This document shows, in pieces, positions 1-10,411 of a stretch of DNA of 64,000 bases. The notes below the pieces were generated by a model that was given only the letters and a program-made list of their open reading frames with translations, did not search any database and was not told the DNA's origin. Source of the DNA: Thermoanaerobaculia bacterium (GTDB lineage Bacteria; Acidobacteriota; Thermoanaerobaculia; Multivoradales; Multivoraceae); assembly GCA_963666565.1 (NCBI GenBank), contig OY762911.1, positions 4,576,001 through 4,640,000 on the forward strand. Direction: 5' to 3'. The position numbers were made by a program, and so were the translations under genes. How positions within the stretch are numbered: position 1 is the stretch's first letter; every line of letters starts with the position of its first letter.

Positions 1-229
1 TCCGGCCGCCCGTGTAGTCCTCGGGGTCCCAGTTGTACGTCAGCTCGAGCAGCGGCGCCGTCCGGTCCCGCGCAAGCTCGACATCCGAAGGCGCGGCAAG
101 GAACACGAGCGTGAACCGCCCCTGCTCGCTGTCGAACCGGCGCATCTCGACCATGCCCAGCTTGCCGCAGTAGAACTCGAGCGCCTCCTCCAGGCTCGCG
201 ACGCGGACCATCGTGTGCAGGTACTTCAC
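1..229 (-). CDS. gloA: Lactoylglutathione lyase (glyoxalase I, VOC family); 3' end runs off the window
   Basis: Manual translation from GTG at 229: MKYLHTMVRVASLEEALEFYCGKLGMVEMRRFDSEQGRFTLVFLAAP..LELTYNWDPEDYTGGR; AGGAGG RBS upstream. Confidence 0.85.
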   Translation of the reverse strand, partial: MKYLHTMVRVASLEEALEFYCGKLGMVEMRRFDSEQGRFTLVFLAAPSDVELARDRTAPLLELTYNWDPEDYTGGR

Positions 230-276
230 CCTTTCCTCCTTCTCTGCCCGCCGGGCCGATCCGGTAGCTTAGCCCC

Positions 277-1440
277 GTGCGGATCAGGCAGGCAGTGAAC
301 CGGGTGATCGACTCGCCGATCACCCAGGTCGGACGGTGGAAGGAAGAGGCCGCGCCGGACCTCCCCCTGATCGACGTCTCCCAGGCCGCGCCGACCTATC
401 CGCCCGCCCAGGAACTGCGCGACCACATCGCCGCCGTCGCCCAGAGCCCGGCCACGGCGACCTACACCGACCAGCAGGGGATCTTCCCGCTCCGCGAGGC
501 CCTCGCCCGCGCCCTGACCGCAGACTACGACGCCCCGGTCGCCGTCGAGCAGGTCGCCGTCACCGCCGGCTGCAACCAGGCGTTCTGCCTCGCGATGATG
601 GCGCTGACCGACCCCGGCGACGAGGTCATTCTGCCGCTCCCGTCCTACTTCAACCACGACATGTGGCTGCGCTCCCAGGACGTCGCTCCCGTCTACCTGC
701 AGCCGGACCTCGACATGCTCCCGGACCCCGCCGCCGCAGCGGCCGCCCTGACCGACAGAACCCGCGCCATCGTCCTGGTGACGCCGAACAACCCGACCGG
801 CGCCGTCTACCCGCCGGAACTCCTGGTTCGCTTCTTCGAACTCGCCCGCGACCGCGGCCTGGCGCTCGTCGTGGACGAGACCTACCGCGAGTTCCGCGAC
901 GACTCCAACCCGCCGCACCGCCTCTTCGCCCGCTCCGACTGGAGCGGCACCCTGATCCACCTGTACAGCTTCTCCAAGGCCTATTGCATGGCCGGCTACC
1001 GCATCGGCGTCATGGCCGCCGACCCCGCCCTGCTCCGCGAGACCCTCAAGATCGCCGACTGCGTCGCCCTCTGCCCGTCCCACATCGGCCAGTTGGCGGC
1101 CCGTTTCTGCCTGGAGCGCCTCGACGACTGGAAGCGCGAGTACCGCCGCACCGTCCGCGACCGCGTCGCCTACGCCGCCCGCCGCCTCCGCGAAGCCGAC
1201 ACCGGCTTCGAAGTCGTCTCCTCCGGCGGCTACTTCGTCTACCTCCGCCACCCCTTCGCCGACCGCTCCTCCGCCTCCGTCGGCCGCACCCTCGCCCACG
1301 ACCACGGCATCCTCTGCCTTGCCGGCTCCATGTTCGGCCCCGGCCAGGACCGCTACCTCCGCCTCGCCTTCGCCAACGTGGACCTGCCGGCCATCGACGA
1401 ACTCGTCGAGCGGCTCAAGAGCCTGGGCAGGACCAGCTAG
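277..1440 (+). CDS. Class I/II PLP-dependent aminotransferase
   Basis: VTPNNPTG, DETY and SFSKAYCMAGYRIG (PLP lysine) motifs. Confidence 0.92.
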   Translation: MRIRQAVNRVIDSPITQVGRWKEEAAPDLPLIDVSQAAPTYPPAQELRDHIAAVAQSPATATYTDQQGIFPLREALARALTADYDAPVAVEQVAVTAGCNQAFCLAMMALTDPGDEVILPLPSYFNHDMWLRSQDVAPVYLQPDLDMLPDPAAAAAALTDRTRAIVLVTPNNPTGAVYPPELLVRFFELARDRGLALVVDETYREFRDDSNPPHRLFARSDWSGTLIHLYSFSKAYCMAGYRIGVMAADPALLRETLKIADCVALCPSHIGQLAARFCLERLDDWKREYRRTVRDRVAYAARRLREADTGFEVVSSGGYFVYLRHPFADRSSASVGRTLAHDHGILCLAGSMFGPGQDRYLRLAFANVDLPAIDELVERLKSLGRTS

Positions 1441-1544
1441 TGGCTCCGCGGCGAAGCTGACAGCGAAGACTCGAGGCTGGCCCTCCCGACGACACCCACC
1501 TGTGTAGCCGCGCCTCCGGCAGCCCTGAATGTTTGGCCAGAGAG

Positions 1545-1560
1545 TGATTGCATGCAATCA
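1545..1560. promoter_or_regulatory. Perfect palindrome TGATTGCATGCAATCA, probable autoregulatory operator of the FitA/VapC operon
   Basis: 16-bp perfect inverted repeat about 40 nt upstream of the RHH antitoxin start. Confidence 0.6.
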
Positions 1561-1598
1561 TCTCTCGAACGTGGGCGCACTACGCAGGAGACAACCCC

Positions 1599-1838
1599 AT
1601 GGCCAGTATCACGATCCGCAATCTGTCCCAGGAATCCAAGGAACGGCTCCGGCAACGCGCGGCACGACGGGGATGCAGCCTTGAAGCCCTGGTGCGGTCG
1701 ATCCTGGACAGCGCGGCCGAAGAGACCGTCGTCTCGACCGGGTTTCCCCATGACCTCATCGCGGTCGTCGAACCGGGCGAGGACATCGAGCCGCTCCTTC
1801 GGGATCACGACCAACCGCAACCCCCGTTGAACCTGTAG
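1599..1838 (+). CDS. FitA/StbC-like ribbon-helix-helix antitoxin
   Basis: MASITIRNLSQESKERLRQRAARRGCSLEALVRSIL; AGGAG RBS; stop overlaps the toxin start. Confidence 0.85.
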   Translation: MASITIRNLSQESKERLRQRAARRGCSLEALVRSILDSAAEETVVSTGFPHDLIAVVEPGEDIEPLLRDHDQPQPPLNL

Positions 1839-2248
1839 TGATCCTCCTCGACACGAACGTCCTGTCGGAGTTGACCAAGCCGAGACCCTCGCCCCAGGTT
1901 GTCGCCTGGCTCGAAGCGAACGAGCCTCTGCTGGCGGTCCCGGCGATCACCCTTGCCGAGTTGCGCTACGGGATTGCGCGGTTGCCGAACGGCCAGAGGC
2001 GGTCGAGCCTGTTTCGGTTCTGGCGCACGACGTGCGACCGCTTTCGAGGCCGCATCTTCTCGTTCGACGAGCGTGCGGCCGAAGTCTACGGGGACGTGGC
2101 GGCCCAAGCCGAGCGGAACGGCAGGCGGCTGAACATCGCTGACGGACAGATCGCGGCCATTGCGCTTGTGCATGGCATGCAGGTTGCCACGCGCGACACA
2201 GGCGGCTTCGAGGCATCCGGCGCAGAACTCATCAACCCCTGGGACTGA
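1838..2248 (+). CDS. vapC: VapC/FitB PIN-domain toxin
   Basis: MILLDTNVLSE..ADGQIAAIA..VATRD PIN motifs. Confidence 0.92.
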   Translation: MILLDTNVLSELTKPRPSPQVVAWLEANEPLLAVPAITLAELRYGIARLPNGQRRSSLFRFWRTTCDRFRGRIFSFDERAAEVYGDVAAQAERNGRRLNIADGQIAAIALVHGMQVATRDTGGFEASGAELINPWD

Positions 2249-2271
2249 AGGCAGGCGGCATGGCGGCAGAG

Positions 2272-2373
2272 CTACTGCCAGAAGTTGTGGATCCGGTGAT
2301 GTAGGTCAGGCGGCGTATCCACGGCCGCCGCGAAGGCGGCGATCAGGGCGAAGGACGGTAGGCGTACTTTCAT
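2272..2373 (-). pseudogene. 33-codon ORF with RBS and signal-peptide-like start; gene remnant or small peptide
   Basis: AAGGAG-N6-ATG; MKVRLPSFALIAAFAAAVDTPPDLHHRIHNFWQ*. Confidence 0.35.
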
Positions 2374-2460
2374 TCCGAACTCCTTGAGAGTCGAGTGTCG
2401 CCGACGGAGTATAGGAACAGCGCCGCGAGGCGGCTCCCGTTAGAGAACGCGACTTCGCCA

Positions 2461-2636
2461 GCCCGCTGAGGGTCGGAGGAGAGGGTCCCAGCGAGGCTGT
2501 CGGCAAGCGACGCCCGGCGCCTTCGCGCAGACCGACGCCGAACCGGAGCGCAGCCGACCGCAGCGAGCGCCAACCTCCCCTTTACTCAGAGAGCGCGAGC
2601 GGCCGCTGTGACCCTCTCCTCCGGCCCTCGGCGGGC
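2461..2636 (+). repeat. Long-stem non-coding element (27-bp inverted arms), repeat family B
   Basis: Arms 2461-2487 and 2610-2636 pair 25/27; internal core shared with 62051-62102 and 33618-33631. Confidence 0.7.
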
Positions 2637-2733
2637 GAGTACGTCCTCCGCCTTTCCTCGCTCCGTCGGCTCAGGCGAAGACGCGCGCAGCGGCACCCGT
2701 GTCGGCCAGCCTGCCGGCAGGCGGCCTGAACCG

Positions 2734-3402
2734 CTAATCCGATGCGCGGATCTCGAAGTCGACGGCGCCAGTCTCCGGATCCGCCTCGATGACGACGGAG
2801 CGGCCCTGGAACCACGGGCCGGGGTTGACGATCCGGGTCTTGCCGATCGTGTCCTCGCCGATGGACTCGTGGATGTGGCCGGAGAAGACGAGGTCCGGCT
2901 GGTGCCGCTCGATGGCCGTTCTCAGCGACTTCGAGCCGACGTGGCGTCCGTGGGCCAGGTCGCAGGCGGTGCCGAACGGCGGCTGGTGGGAGACCAGGAT
3001 GGTGGGCTGTCCCTCGACCGCGGCGGCCCGCTCGAAGGCCTCGGCCGCGACCCGCTCGTAGTCTTCCTCCGTCCGCTCGTAGGGAAGATCGTTGAAGGGA
3101 AGGCCGCCCGACAGGCCGACGAAGCGGACGCCGCCGAACGCGCGGGCGCGCCGGTCGAGGTCGATGCCGGCCTCCACGAGGTAGTCCTCCATCTCGGGCA
3201 GGTCGCAGTTGCCGCAGACCGCCAGCACCGGCACGCCGGAGTCCTGGAGCGGTTCGACGATCCGGCGGGCATCGTCCGGTCCGAGGAAGGTCGTCAGGTC
3301 CCCGGCCAGCAGCACGAGGTCGAAGCCGGACGGGTCCGGCAAGCGCGGCGGCCTCTTGCCGGACCAGTGCAGATCGACGACGCCAAGGATGCTGAGCGTC
3401 AA
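2734..3402 (-). CDS. Metallophosphoesterase (Icc-like)
   Basis: DLH, GDL, GNCD, SHQPP, GHIHE and NPG motifs. Confidence 0.9.
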   Translation of the reverse strand: MTLSILGVVDLHWSGKRPPRLPDPSGFDLVLLAGDLTTFLGPDDARRIVEPLQDSGVPVLAVCGNCDLPEMEDYLVEAGIDLDRRARAFGGVRFVGLSGGLPFNDLPYERTEEDYERVAAEAFERAAAVEGQPTILVSHQPPFGTACDLAHGRHVGSKSLRTAIERHQPDLVFSGHIHESIGEDTIGKTRIVNPGPWFQGRSVVIEADPETGAVDFEIRASD

Positions 3403-3453
3403 CGCCGGACCCCCGGCCGTCCGCGACCGCTCACCGCCGCGCCCGCGCGACCG

Positions 3454-3855
3454 TCAGTGAACCAGCGACGGAGTCGCATGCGCCGACTCCTGCGGTTCGT
3501 CGTCCAGGCCGTGGGACATGACGAAGACCCACGCCGCACTGCGTTCCCGTTCCGTCTCCGTGATCAGCTCGAAGACGTGCTCGTCGTCCCGCTCGCCCTG
3601 AAGCGACTGGACGTACGCGACCCGCTCGCGGTCGATCAGGATCTCTCCCACCAGGCGCTTGCCGTAGACGAGCTGTGCGATGAGGAGGGAGTTCTCCTCC
3701 GCCACGAACTGCCAGTGGAAGTCCTCGTCGTCGCAGAGAAGGGCGTCGACCGAGCCGGCCCGGACGACGCAGTTCGGATGGAGGACGAGCCAGTTCCAGA
3801 AGGCGTCGAGATCGAGCGTGGCCCGGGAACGCTCGACCGCGGTAGGGGCAGTCAT
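3454..3855 (-). CDS. Hypothetical protein (133 aa)
   Basis: C-terminal part of ORF 3454..4692 from ATG 3855 (MTAPTAVERSRATLDLDAFWNWLVLHPNC..); protein-like composition. Confidence 0.7.
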   Translation of the reverse strand: MTAPTAVERSRATLDLDAFWNWLVLHPNCVVRAGSVDALLCDDEDFHWQFVAEENSLLIAQLVYGKRLVGEILIDRERVAYVQSLQGERDDEHVFELITETERERSAAWVFVMSHGLDDEPQESAHATPSLVH

Positions 3856-3972
3856 CGGGCAATCGTACACGCGCCACGAGCTCGCGCGGCAGAGACCGGG
3901 TGCGTCGGCGTCCCCGCCGCCGCAGGACTCACGGCGTTGCGTTCCTGCGGTGCAAGCTCCTAGACTGCGCCC

Positions 3973-4968
<996 letters not shown>

Positions 4969-4974
4969 CGCCGG

Positions 4975-6174
4975 TCACCGGGCGCCGGGCCGAAACCCCC
5001 TGCCCGCCGCCCACAGCACCACGCAACCGCACCAGGACATCACGGCCGCCAGCGCGTAGGCGTTCCGGTAGCCGCCCGCCAGATCGTGCGCCCACCCCAG
5101 CAGGAACGGCCCCAGCGCGACGCCGATGGAAGCGAACAGCGTGCTCACCGAGTAGATCCGCGCGTAGCTCCTGGCGCCGAACGCCTCGGCGAGCAGCAGC
5201 GGCTGCATCATCAGGAAGCTGCCGATCGTGAGCCCGAACGCGCTCGACGTGAACAGAAGACCCGCCGCGCCCGTGCTCGACCCCATGGCGAGCAGCGTGA
5301 ACCCCTGGAGGGTCAGCATGATCAACGCGAAGCCGCGGTACGGAATCCGCGACAGCAGGGCGCCCGAAGCGAGCCGTCCCACCACGCTCGAAGCGGCCAG
5401 CACCGACACGGCGAGGCCCGCCACGCCGGGTTCGTGGACGCTCACCAGGCGGAACTGGTGGGCGATGGCGCCGACCTGCGCCATCAGGCCGAAGAAGAAG
5501 GTGCCCGCGACGCCCGCGAAGTAGCGCGACCGGAACGCTTCCCGGGCGTCCACGCCCGGTTCCTCGCCGCCCTCGAACTCCCCCGCGCGGTCCATCTCGC
5601 CGCGCGGGTACGGAATCAGCCGCCACAGCGACACGGGCAGGATGCCGAGGACGTACGCGGCCGCCACCACCTCGGTGCCGCGCCGCAGGCCGTACTCCCC
5701 CACCACCCAGGCCGCGAACGGCGCGACCGCGATGCCGCCGACCGAGAGGCCCGTGAACACCACCGACAGTGCCAGCGCCCGCCGCCGCGCGAACCACCGC
5801 GTGACGACCGTGCTCGCGGTCAGCATGTTCGTGGCGGAGAATCCGAAGCCGAAGACGGCGAAAGCCGAGTAGACCTGAACGGTCGTCTCCACCCGGCCGA
5901 TCGCGACCAGCGCCGCGGCGCAGATCGCGACGCCGCCGGCGACCGACCAGCGGGCATCGATCCGTTCGATCAGGTTGGCGACGCCGAGACCGGCGAAACC
6001 GCTGACGGCGAAGAAGATGGTCGGGGCAAGCGAGGCCGCGAAGACGGTGAGCCCGCGCTCGCGCGTCAGCGCCTCGAGGAGCACGGACTGGTTGTAGAAG
6101 CCGAGGCCGGACGAGAACATCATCATCGCGAACAACGCCCCGACGATCTGCCAGCGAAACGAGACGGGGAGCAT
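4975..6174 (-). CDS. MFS transporter
   Basis: About 12 hydrophobic segments; WFARRRALALS and AEAFGARSYARIYS MFS loops. Confidence 0.9.
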   Translation of the reverse strand: MLPVSFRWQIVGALFAMMMFSSGLGFYNQSVLLEALTRERGLTVFAASLAPTIFFAVSGFAGLGVANLIERIDARWSVAGGVAICAAALVAIGRVETTVQVYSAFAVFGFGFSATNMLTASTVVTRWFARRRALALSVVFTGLSVGGIAVAPFAAWVVGEYGLRRGTEVVAAAYVLGILPVSLWRLIPYPRGEMDRAGEFEGGEEPGVDAREAFRSRYFAGVAGTFFFGLMAQVGAIAHQFRLVSVHEPGVAGLAVSVLAASSVVGRLASGALLSRIPYRGFALIMLTLQGFTLLAMGSSTGAAGLLFTSSAFGLTIGSFLMMQPLLLAEAFGARSYARIYSVSTLFASIGVALGPFLLGWAHDLAGGYRNAYALAAVMSWCGCVVLWAAGRGFRPGAR

Positions 6175-6261
6175 TCAACGCGCCTCGCGCAGCAACCGCA
6201 GGGGCCCGCCCGGCGCCCCGCGCCACCACTGCATCTGCCAGCGGAACGAGACGCGGAGCAT
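6175..6261 (-). repeat. 87-bp-period duplication of the permease-stop/MFS-start junction, forming a 28-aa mini-ORF
   Basis: TCTGCCAGCGRAACGAGACGSGGAGCATTCAACGCGCCTCGCG occurs at about 6147 and 6234. Confidence 0.8.
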
Positions 6262-8829
6262 TCAACGCGCCTCGCGAAGGGAGTCGATCGGCGGCCTCCG
6301 CAGCGCGCCGGCACTGGCCAGGAGCCCCGTTCCGAGCGACAGCAGGCTGCCGGCCGAGAGCGCCCCGAGCACGGCCCACGGCCGGAACGACCAGGCGAGC
6401 TCCAGTTCCCGCGTCACCAGCCACCACGCCGCCGCCGAACCGAGCGCCGCCGCCACGACCGCCGACGACAGGCCGATCAGGGCGTACTCGGCCGCGAAAG
6501 CGCGCAGCACGTCGAAGCGGGTCGAGCCGATCGTCTTCAGCAGGGCGGCCTCCCGGCCGCGCCGGGCCGAGCTCGCGGCGACCGCGCCGGCCAGCGTCAG
6601 CAGGGCGGCGGCCACCGTGAAGCTGCCGAGCACGCGCACGCCGACCTGGAGGTTGCTCACCAGGACGACGACCTTCTGCAATACCTCCCGGATGCGCACC
6701 ACCGCGACGCCGGGATGGGCCCGGTAGATCGCGTCCTGGATCCGCTGCTCCCTGTCCTCCGGCAACCAGGCGGCGGCGAGCCGCGTGTGCGGCGCCCAGT
6801 CCAGCGCCGCCGGCTCGACGACGAGGAAGAAGTTGATGCCGAACCCCTCCCAGTCGACGCGCCGCAGGCTGGTCACGGTGAGCGTCGTCTCGCGGCCGCC
6901 CACGTCCAGGTCGATCGTCGAGCCCACCTTCACCCCGATCGTCTCCGCGAAGTCCTGCTCGACGCTGACCTCGCCGGCGTCCGGATCGACCCAGGGCGCG
7001 GTCACCGTCGCCGGTCCGGCCGCCTCCAGCATCGCGTTGTCCGCCGGCAGTTCGTCGAGAAAGGTCAACCGCAACTGGCGGTTCAGCGCCCAGCGGTTCC
7101 GCTCGTTGGCGCGCCGCGCCACCGGCACGCCGTCGATCGTCCTGAGCCGGGCCATCACCACCGGCGCCGACTGCACCCTGCGGGCCCCCTGGCGCTCCAG
7201 GAGATCGACGAGGTCGCCCCAGCCCGTCGCGGGCACGTTCAGCAGGAAGGCGCTCGGCGCCTCGTCGGGAAGCCCGGCGGCCAGTTCGTCGTGCAGGTGC
7301 CCCTGGACCGTGAGCATCGCGAGCAGCACCATCAGCCCCATCCCCAGGGCCACCGAGGCCGCCAGCGTGCCCGACTCGGGCCGCGCCAGCGCCGCGACGC
7401 CGTAGCGGAACCAGGAAGAGCGGCACCTGGGCGCCAGCAGGCGCGCCGCTCCCCGCAGCGCCAGCGCCGCCAGGATCAGGACGACGACCGCCGCCCCAAC
7501 CGCGCCCACGAAGCGGACGGCCAGCCACAGCGACCCCGCCTGAAGCGCGGTCGCGCCCGCCACGCCGGCGGCCACCGCGACGACGGAGAGCGCCGCGGCG
7601 AACCGGGAACCCGGCAAGGGTTCGGCGCCCCGCCGAAAAACCCGCACCGGCGGCGCCCGCAGCACGACCAGCAGCGCCGGCGCGGAGAACGCGGTCGACA
7701 CGCCGATGCCGAGCGCCACCCCCCGCAGGAACGCCCCCGGCTGCCAGATCGAGACCGCCTCGACCGGCAGCGCGCCGCCCAGGATCGCCGGTACGAGCAG
7801 CATCGAGAGCAGGCCGACCCCGCCGCCGACCGCCCCGGCCATCAGGCCGAGCAACACCGCCTGGACCACGTACGTCCGCAGCAGATCGCGCGGCCGGGCG
7901 CCCAGGCACTTGAACACGGCGAGCGCGTCTAGACGCTGCGTCAGCCAGGCGCGAATCCCCTGGGCCACGCCGACGCCGCCGACGAGGAGCGACAGCAGCG
8001 CCACCAGCCCCAGGTAACGCGAAAGGCGCTCCAGGTCCTCGCGGATGCCGGGCTGGGCGTCCGCATACGTCTCGATCCGGATCGCGGCATCGTCGCCGAT
8101 CTCGCCACGCAGCCTCTCGGCCAGCGACTCCAGTTCCTCGAGCGAACTCTCCCCCGGCAGCCGCACGAGTGTCCGGTAGCCGCCGAAACCGCCGAACGGG
8201 AAGACGCCAGCCGCCTCCTGTCCCGCCACGCTGAGGAGCACCCGCGGGCCGAAGGCGAAGCCGGTCGGCAGCCGGTCCGGCTCCGCTTCCAGCGTACCGG
8301 CAATCCGGAACGTCCGCCGGCCGAGGCGCAGTTCGTCGCCGACGTCCAGGCCGAGCCGAGCCAGCGCCTCCGGCGACACGAGCGCCGAACGATCGCCGAG
8401 CGCTTCCGCCACACTCGCGCCCGCCGGCAGCGGCGGCGCCGCCGCGACCTCGCCGTAGAACGGATAGCCGCCCGCCACCGCCTTCAGTTCGACCAGCAGG
8501 CTGGAAGCTCCCGCACCGGCCGCTTCCCGCGACGAGGCGCGGCCCGCCATCGCCGCCATTTCGCGCACCTCGGCGCGGGCGGCCCCGGGGATGGCGTCGA
8601 TCGCCTCGATCGCACCGTCCGGAATCGGCCCCCGCGAGCGCAACGCAAGGTCCGCCGCCAGCAGCTTCCTGGCCTCGCCCCGGATCGCACCGTCCACGCT
8701 CGAAGCGAGCCCCGCGACCGAGACCACCGCGCCCACGCCCACCGAGAGGCAAGCCGCCCAGACCCAGACCCGCCCCAGGGAACCGCGAAGCTCCCGTAGC
8801 GAGTAGCGCAAAGCGATCCGCGGGCTCAC
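6262..8829 (-). CDS. ABC transporter permease, FtsX/YbbP-like
   Basis: Two FtsX-type halves; LVELKAVAGGYPFYG and RRVDWEGFGINFF YbbP-like motifs. Confidence 0.9.
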   Translation of the reverse strand: MSPRIALRYSLRELRGSLGRVWVWAACLSVGVGAVVSVAGLASSVDGAIRGEARKLLAADLALRSRGPIPDGAIEAIDAIPGAARAEVREMAAMAGRASSREAAGAGASSLLVELKAVAGGYPFYGEVAAAPPLPAGASVAEALGDRSALVSPEALARLGLDVGDELRLGRRTFRIAGTLEAEPDRLPTGFAFGPRVLLSVAGQEAAGVFPFGGFGGYRTLVRLPGESSLEELESLAERLRGEIGDDAAIRIETYADAQPGIREDLERLSRYLGLVALLSLLVGGVGVAQGIRAWLTQRLDALAVFKCLGARPRDLLRTYVVQAVLLGLMAGAVGGGVGLLSMLLVPAILGGALPVEAVSIWQPGAFLRGVALGIGVSTAFSAPALLVVLRAPPVRVFRRGAEPLPGSRFAAALSVVAVAAGVAGATALQAGSLWLAVRFVGAVGAAVVVLILAALALRGAARLLAPRCRSSWFRYGVAALARPESGTLAASVALGMGLMVLLAMLTVQGHLHDELAAGLPDEAPSAFLLNVPATGWGDLVDLLERQGARRVQSAPVVMARLRTIDGVPVARRANERNRWALNRQLRLTFLDELPADNAMLEAAGPATVTAPWVDPDAGEVSVEQDFAETIGVKVGSTIDLDVGGRETTLTVTSLRRVDWEGFGINFFLVVEPAALDWAPHTRLAAAWLPEDREQRIQDAIYRAHPGVAVVRIREVLQKVVVLVSNLQVGVRVLGSFTVAAALLTLAGAVAASSARRGREAALLKTIGSTRFDVLRAFAAEYALIGLSSAVVAAALGSAAAWWLVTRELELAWSFRPWAVLGALSAGSLLSLGTGLLASAGALRRPPIDSLREAR

Positions 8830-9515
8830 GGTGCGGGTGCTCCCAGACGGCCATCGACCATGACCAGTTCGCGGTCCGCGCGGGCCGCCACCGCGGGATC
8901 GTGGGTCACGAGCACCAGGGTCGAGCCGACCCGGTCGCGCAGGGCCATCATCACGTCGAGAACCGCCGCGCCGGTCACGGAGTCCAGATTGCCGGTCGGC
9001 TCGTCGCCGAGGAGGATCGGCGGTTCGGCCGCGAACGCCCTGGCCAGAGCCACGCGCTGCTGCTCCCCGCCCGAGAGTTGCGACGGGTAGTGGTGGACGC
9101 GTTCACGCAGGCCGACCTCGGCCAGCAGTTCCTCGGCCCGGCGGCGCGAACGCCGTCGCCCCAGGAGGTCGAGCGGGAACTGGACGTTCTCGCGCGCGGT
9201 CAGGTTCGGCAGCAACTGGAAGGCCTGGAACACGAAGCCGATCTTCTCGCGCCGCAGCAGGGCCAGCTCGTCCTCGCCGAGCGCCTCGATGGGCTGGCCG
9301 TCGATCAGCACGCTCCCCGCGGTCGGCCGGTCGAGCCCGGCCAGCAGCGCGAGCAGCGTCGACTTGCCGGCGCCCGAGGGGCCCCGGATGGAGACGCACT
9401 CTCCGGCCGCCACGTCGAGATCGACGTCGTCGACCACGACCAGCGTGCGTTCCCCGGAGCGCAGTTCGCGCCGCAGTCCGCGCGTCTCGAGCCGGGGCCG
9501 GGCCTCGTCCGGCAC
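8826..9515 (-). CDS. ABC transporter ATP-binding protein (YbbA/LolD-like)
   Basis: GPSGAGKS, LSGGEQQRV, DEPTGNLD; start codon (GTG 9515) uncertain. Confidence 0.9.
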   Translation of the reverse strand: MPDEARPRLETRGLRRELRSGERTLVVVDDVDLDVAAGECVSIRGPSGAGKSTLLALLAGLDRPTAGSVLIDGQPIEALGEDELALLRREKIGFVFQAFQLLPNLTARENVQFPLDLLGRRRSRRRAEELLAEVGLRERVHHYPSQLSGGEQQRVALARAFAAEPPILLGDEPTGNLDSVTGAAVLDVMMALRDRVGSTLVLVTHDPAVAARADRELVMVDGRLGAPAP

Positions 9516-9547
9516 GGACGCCGCCGGGCCGGCCGCTTCCCCGGGAC

Positions 9548-10282
9548 TCAGACGTACCCCAGCATCGCCCGCCATTGCTCGAGGCTGTCCGGTCGGAAGT
9601 AGGCGTTCCACATGAGTTCGCGGCCGATCGTCGAGCTGGACTCGGGGCCGTAGTCGTGGCCCGGGTAGATCGCGAGTTCCGGTGGCAGCGCCTTCAGCCG
9701 CTGCAGCGAGCGGAACATGTCGTCGACGTCGCTGTGCGGCAGGTCGATCCGGCCGATCCCCTGGACGAACAGAGTGTCCGCGGTCAGGACGTGGCCGCCC
9801 GCGCGGAAGCAGCAACTGCCGGGCGAGTGCCCCGGCGTGTGCAGCACCTCGACCGGCAGGTCGCCCAGTTCGAGAACGTCGCCGTCCCGAAACGTCTCCA
9901 CGCGGTCGGCCGGGCAACCCGCGATCTCGGCGCCGCGCTCGGCCTCGGCCTCGTGGATCAGCATCGGCAGGTCGAACTCGGCGCGCAGCTCGCGCACGCC
10001 GGGAATGTGCTGGCCCATGATCTCCCCGCCGATGTGGTCCTGGTGGAAGTGGGTTGCCAGCACGCCGACCGGTTCGTAGCCCTGCTCCCGGGCGATCCTG
10101 ACGACGCCGACCGGCTCCCAGGCCGGATCGACGACCCAGGCGTGACGGGTCGACGGATCGGCCAGAACGTAGACGAAGTTCGCCATCGGTCCGGCCTGGA
10201 TCTGGATCAGCCGCGGTTCGGGCGCGGTCGCCGGTTCGGCGCCGGCGGCGGCAGGCTGGGGAGACTGCGGGGAATCGCTCAT
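9548..10282 (-). CDS. MBL-fold hydrolase (glyoxalase II-like)
   Basis: THFHQDH, HTPGHSPG and YPGHDYG motifs. Confidence 0.9.
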   Translation of the reverse strand: MSDSPQSPQPAAAGAEPATAPEPRLIQIQAGPMANFVYVLADPSTRHAWVVDPAWEPVGVVRIAREQGYEPVGVLATHFHQDHIGGEIMGQHIPGVRELRAEFDLPMLIHEAEAERGAEIAGCPADRVETFRDGDVLELGDLPVEVLHTPGHSPGSCCFRAGGHVLTADTLFVQGIGRIDLPHSDVDDMFRSLQRLKALPPELAIYPGHDYGPESSSTIGRELMWNAYFRPDSLEQWRAMLGYV

Positions 10283-10411
10283 CGTCCGCGGAATCTACCC
10301 CGCACCCGCCGGGCAAGCCGAATCCGCACGGACACGGGCGCAAGCGAGGCGACGGCCGGCCCAGGGCGGCGGCCGCGACGCCGCGTCCGCGCAGTTGCTA
10401 GCCTCCGCGTC

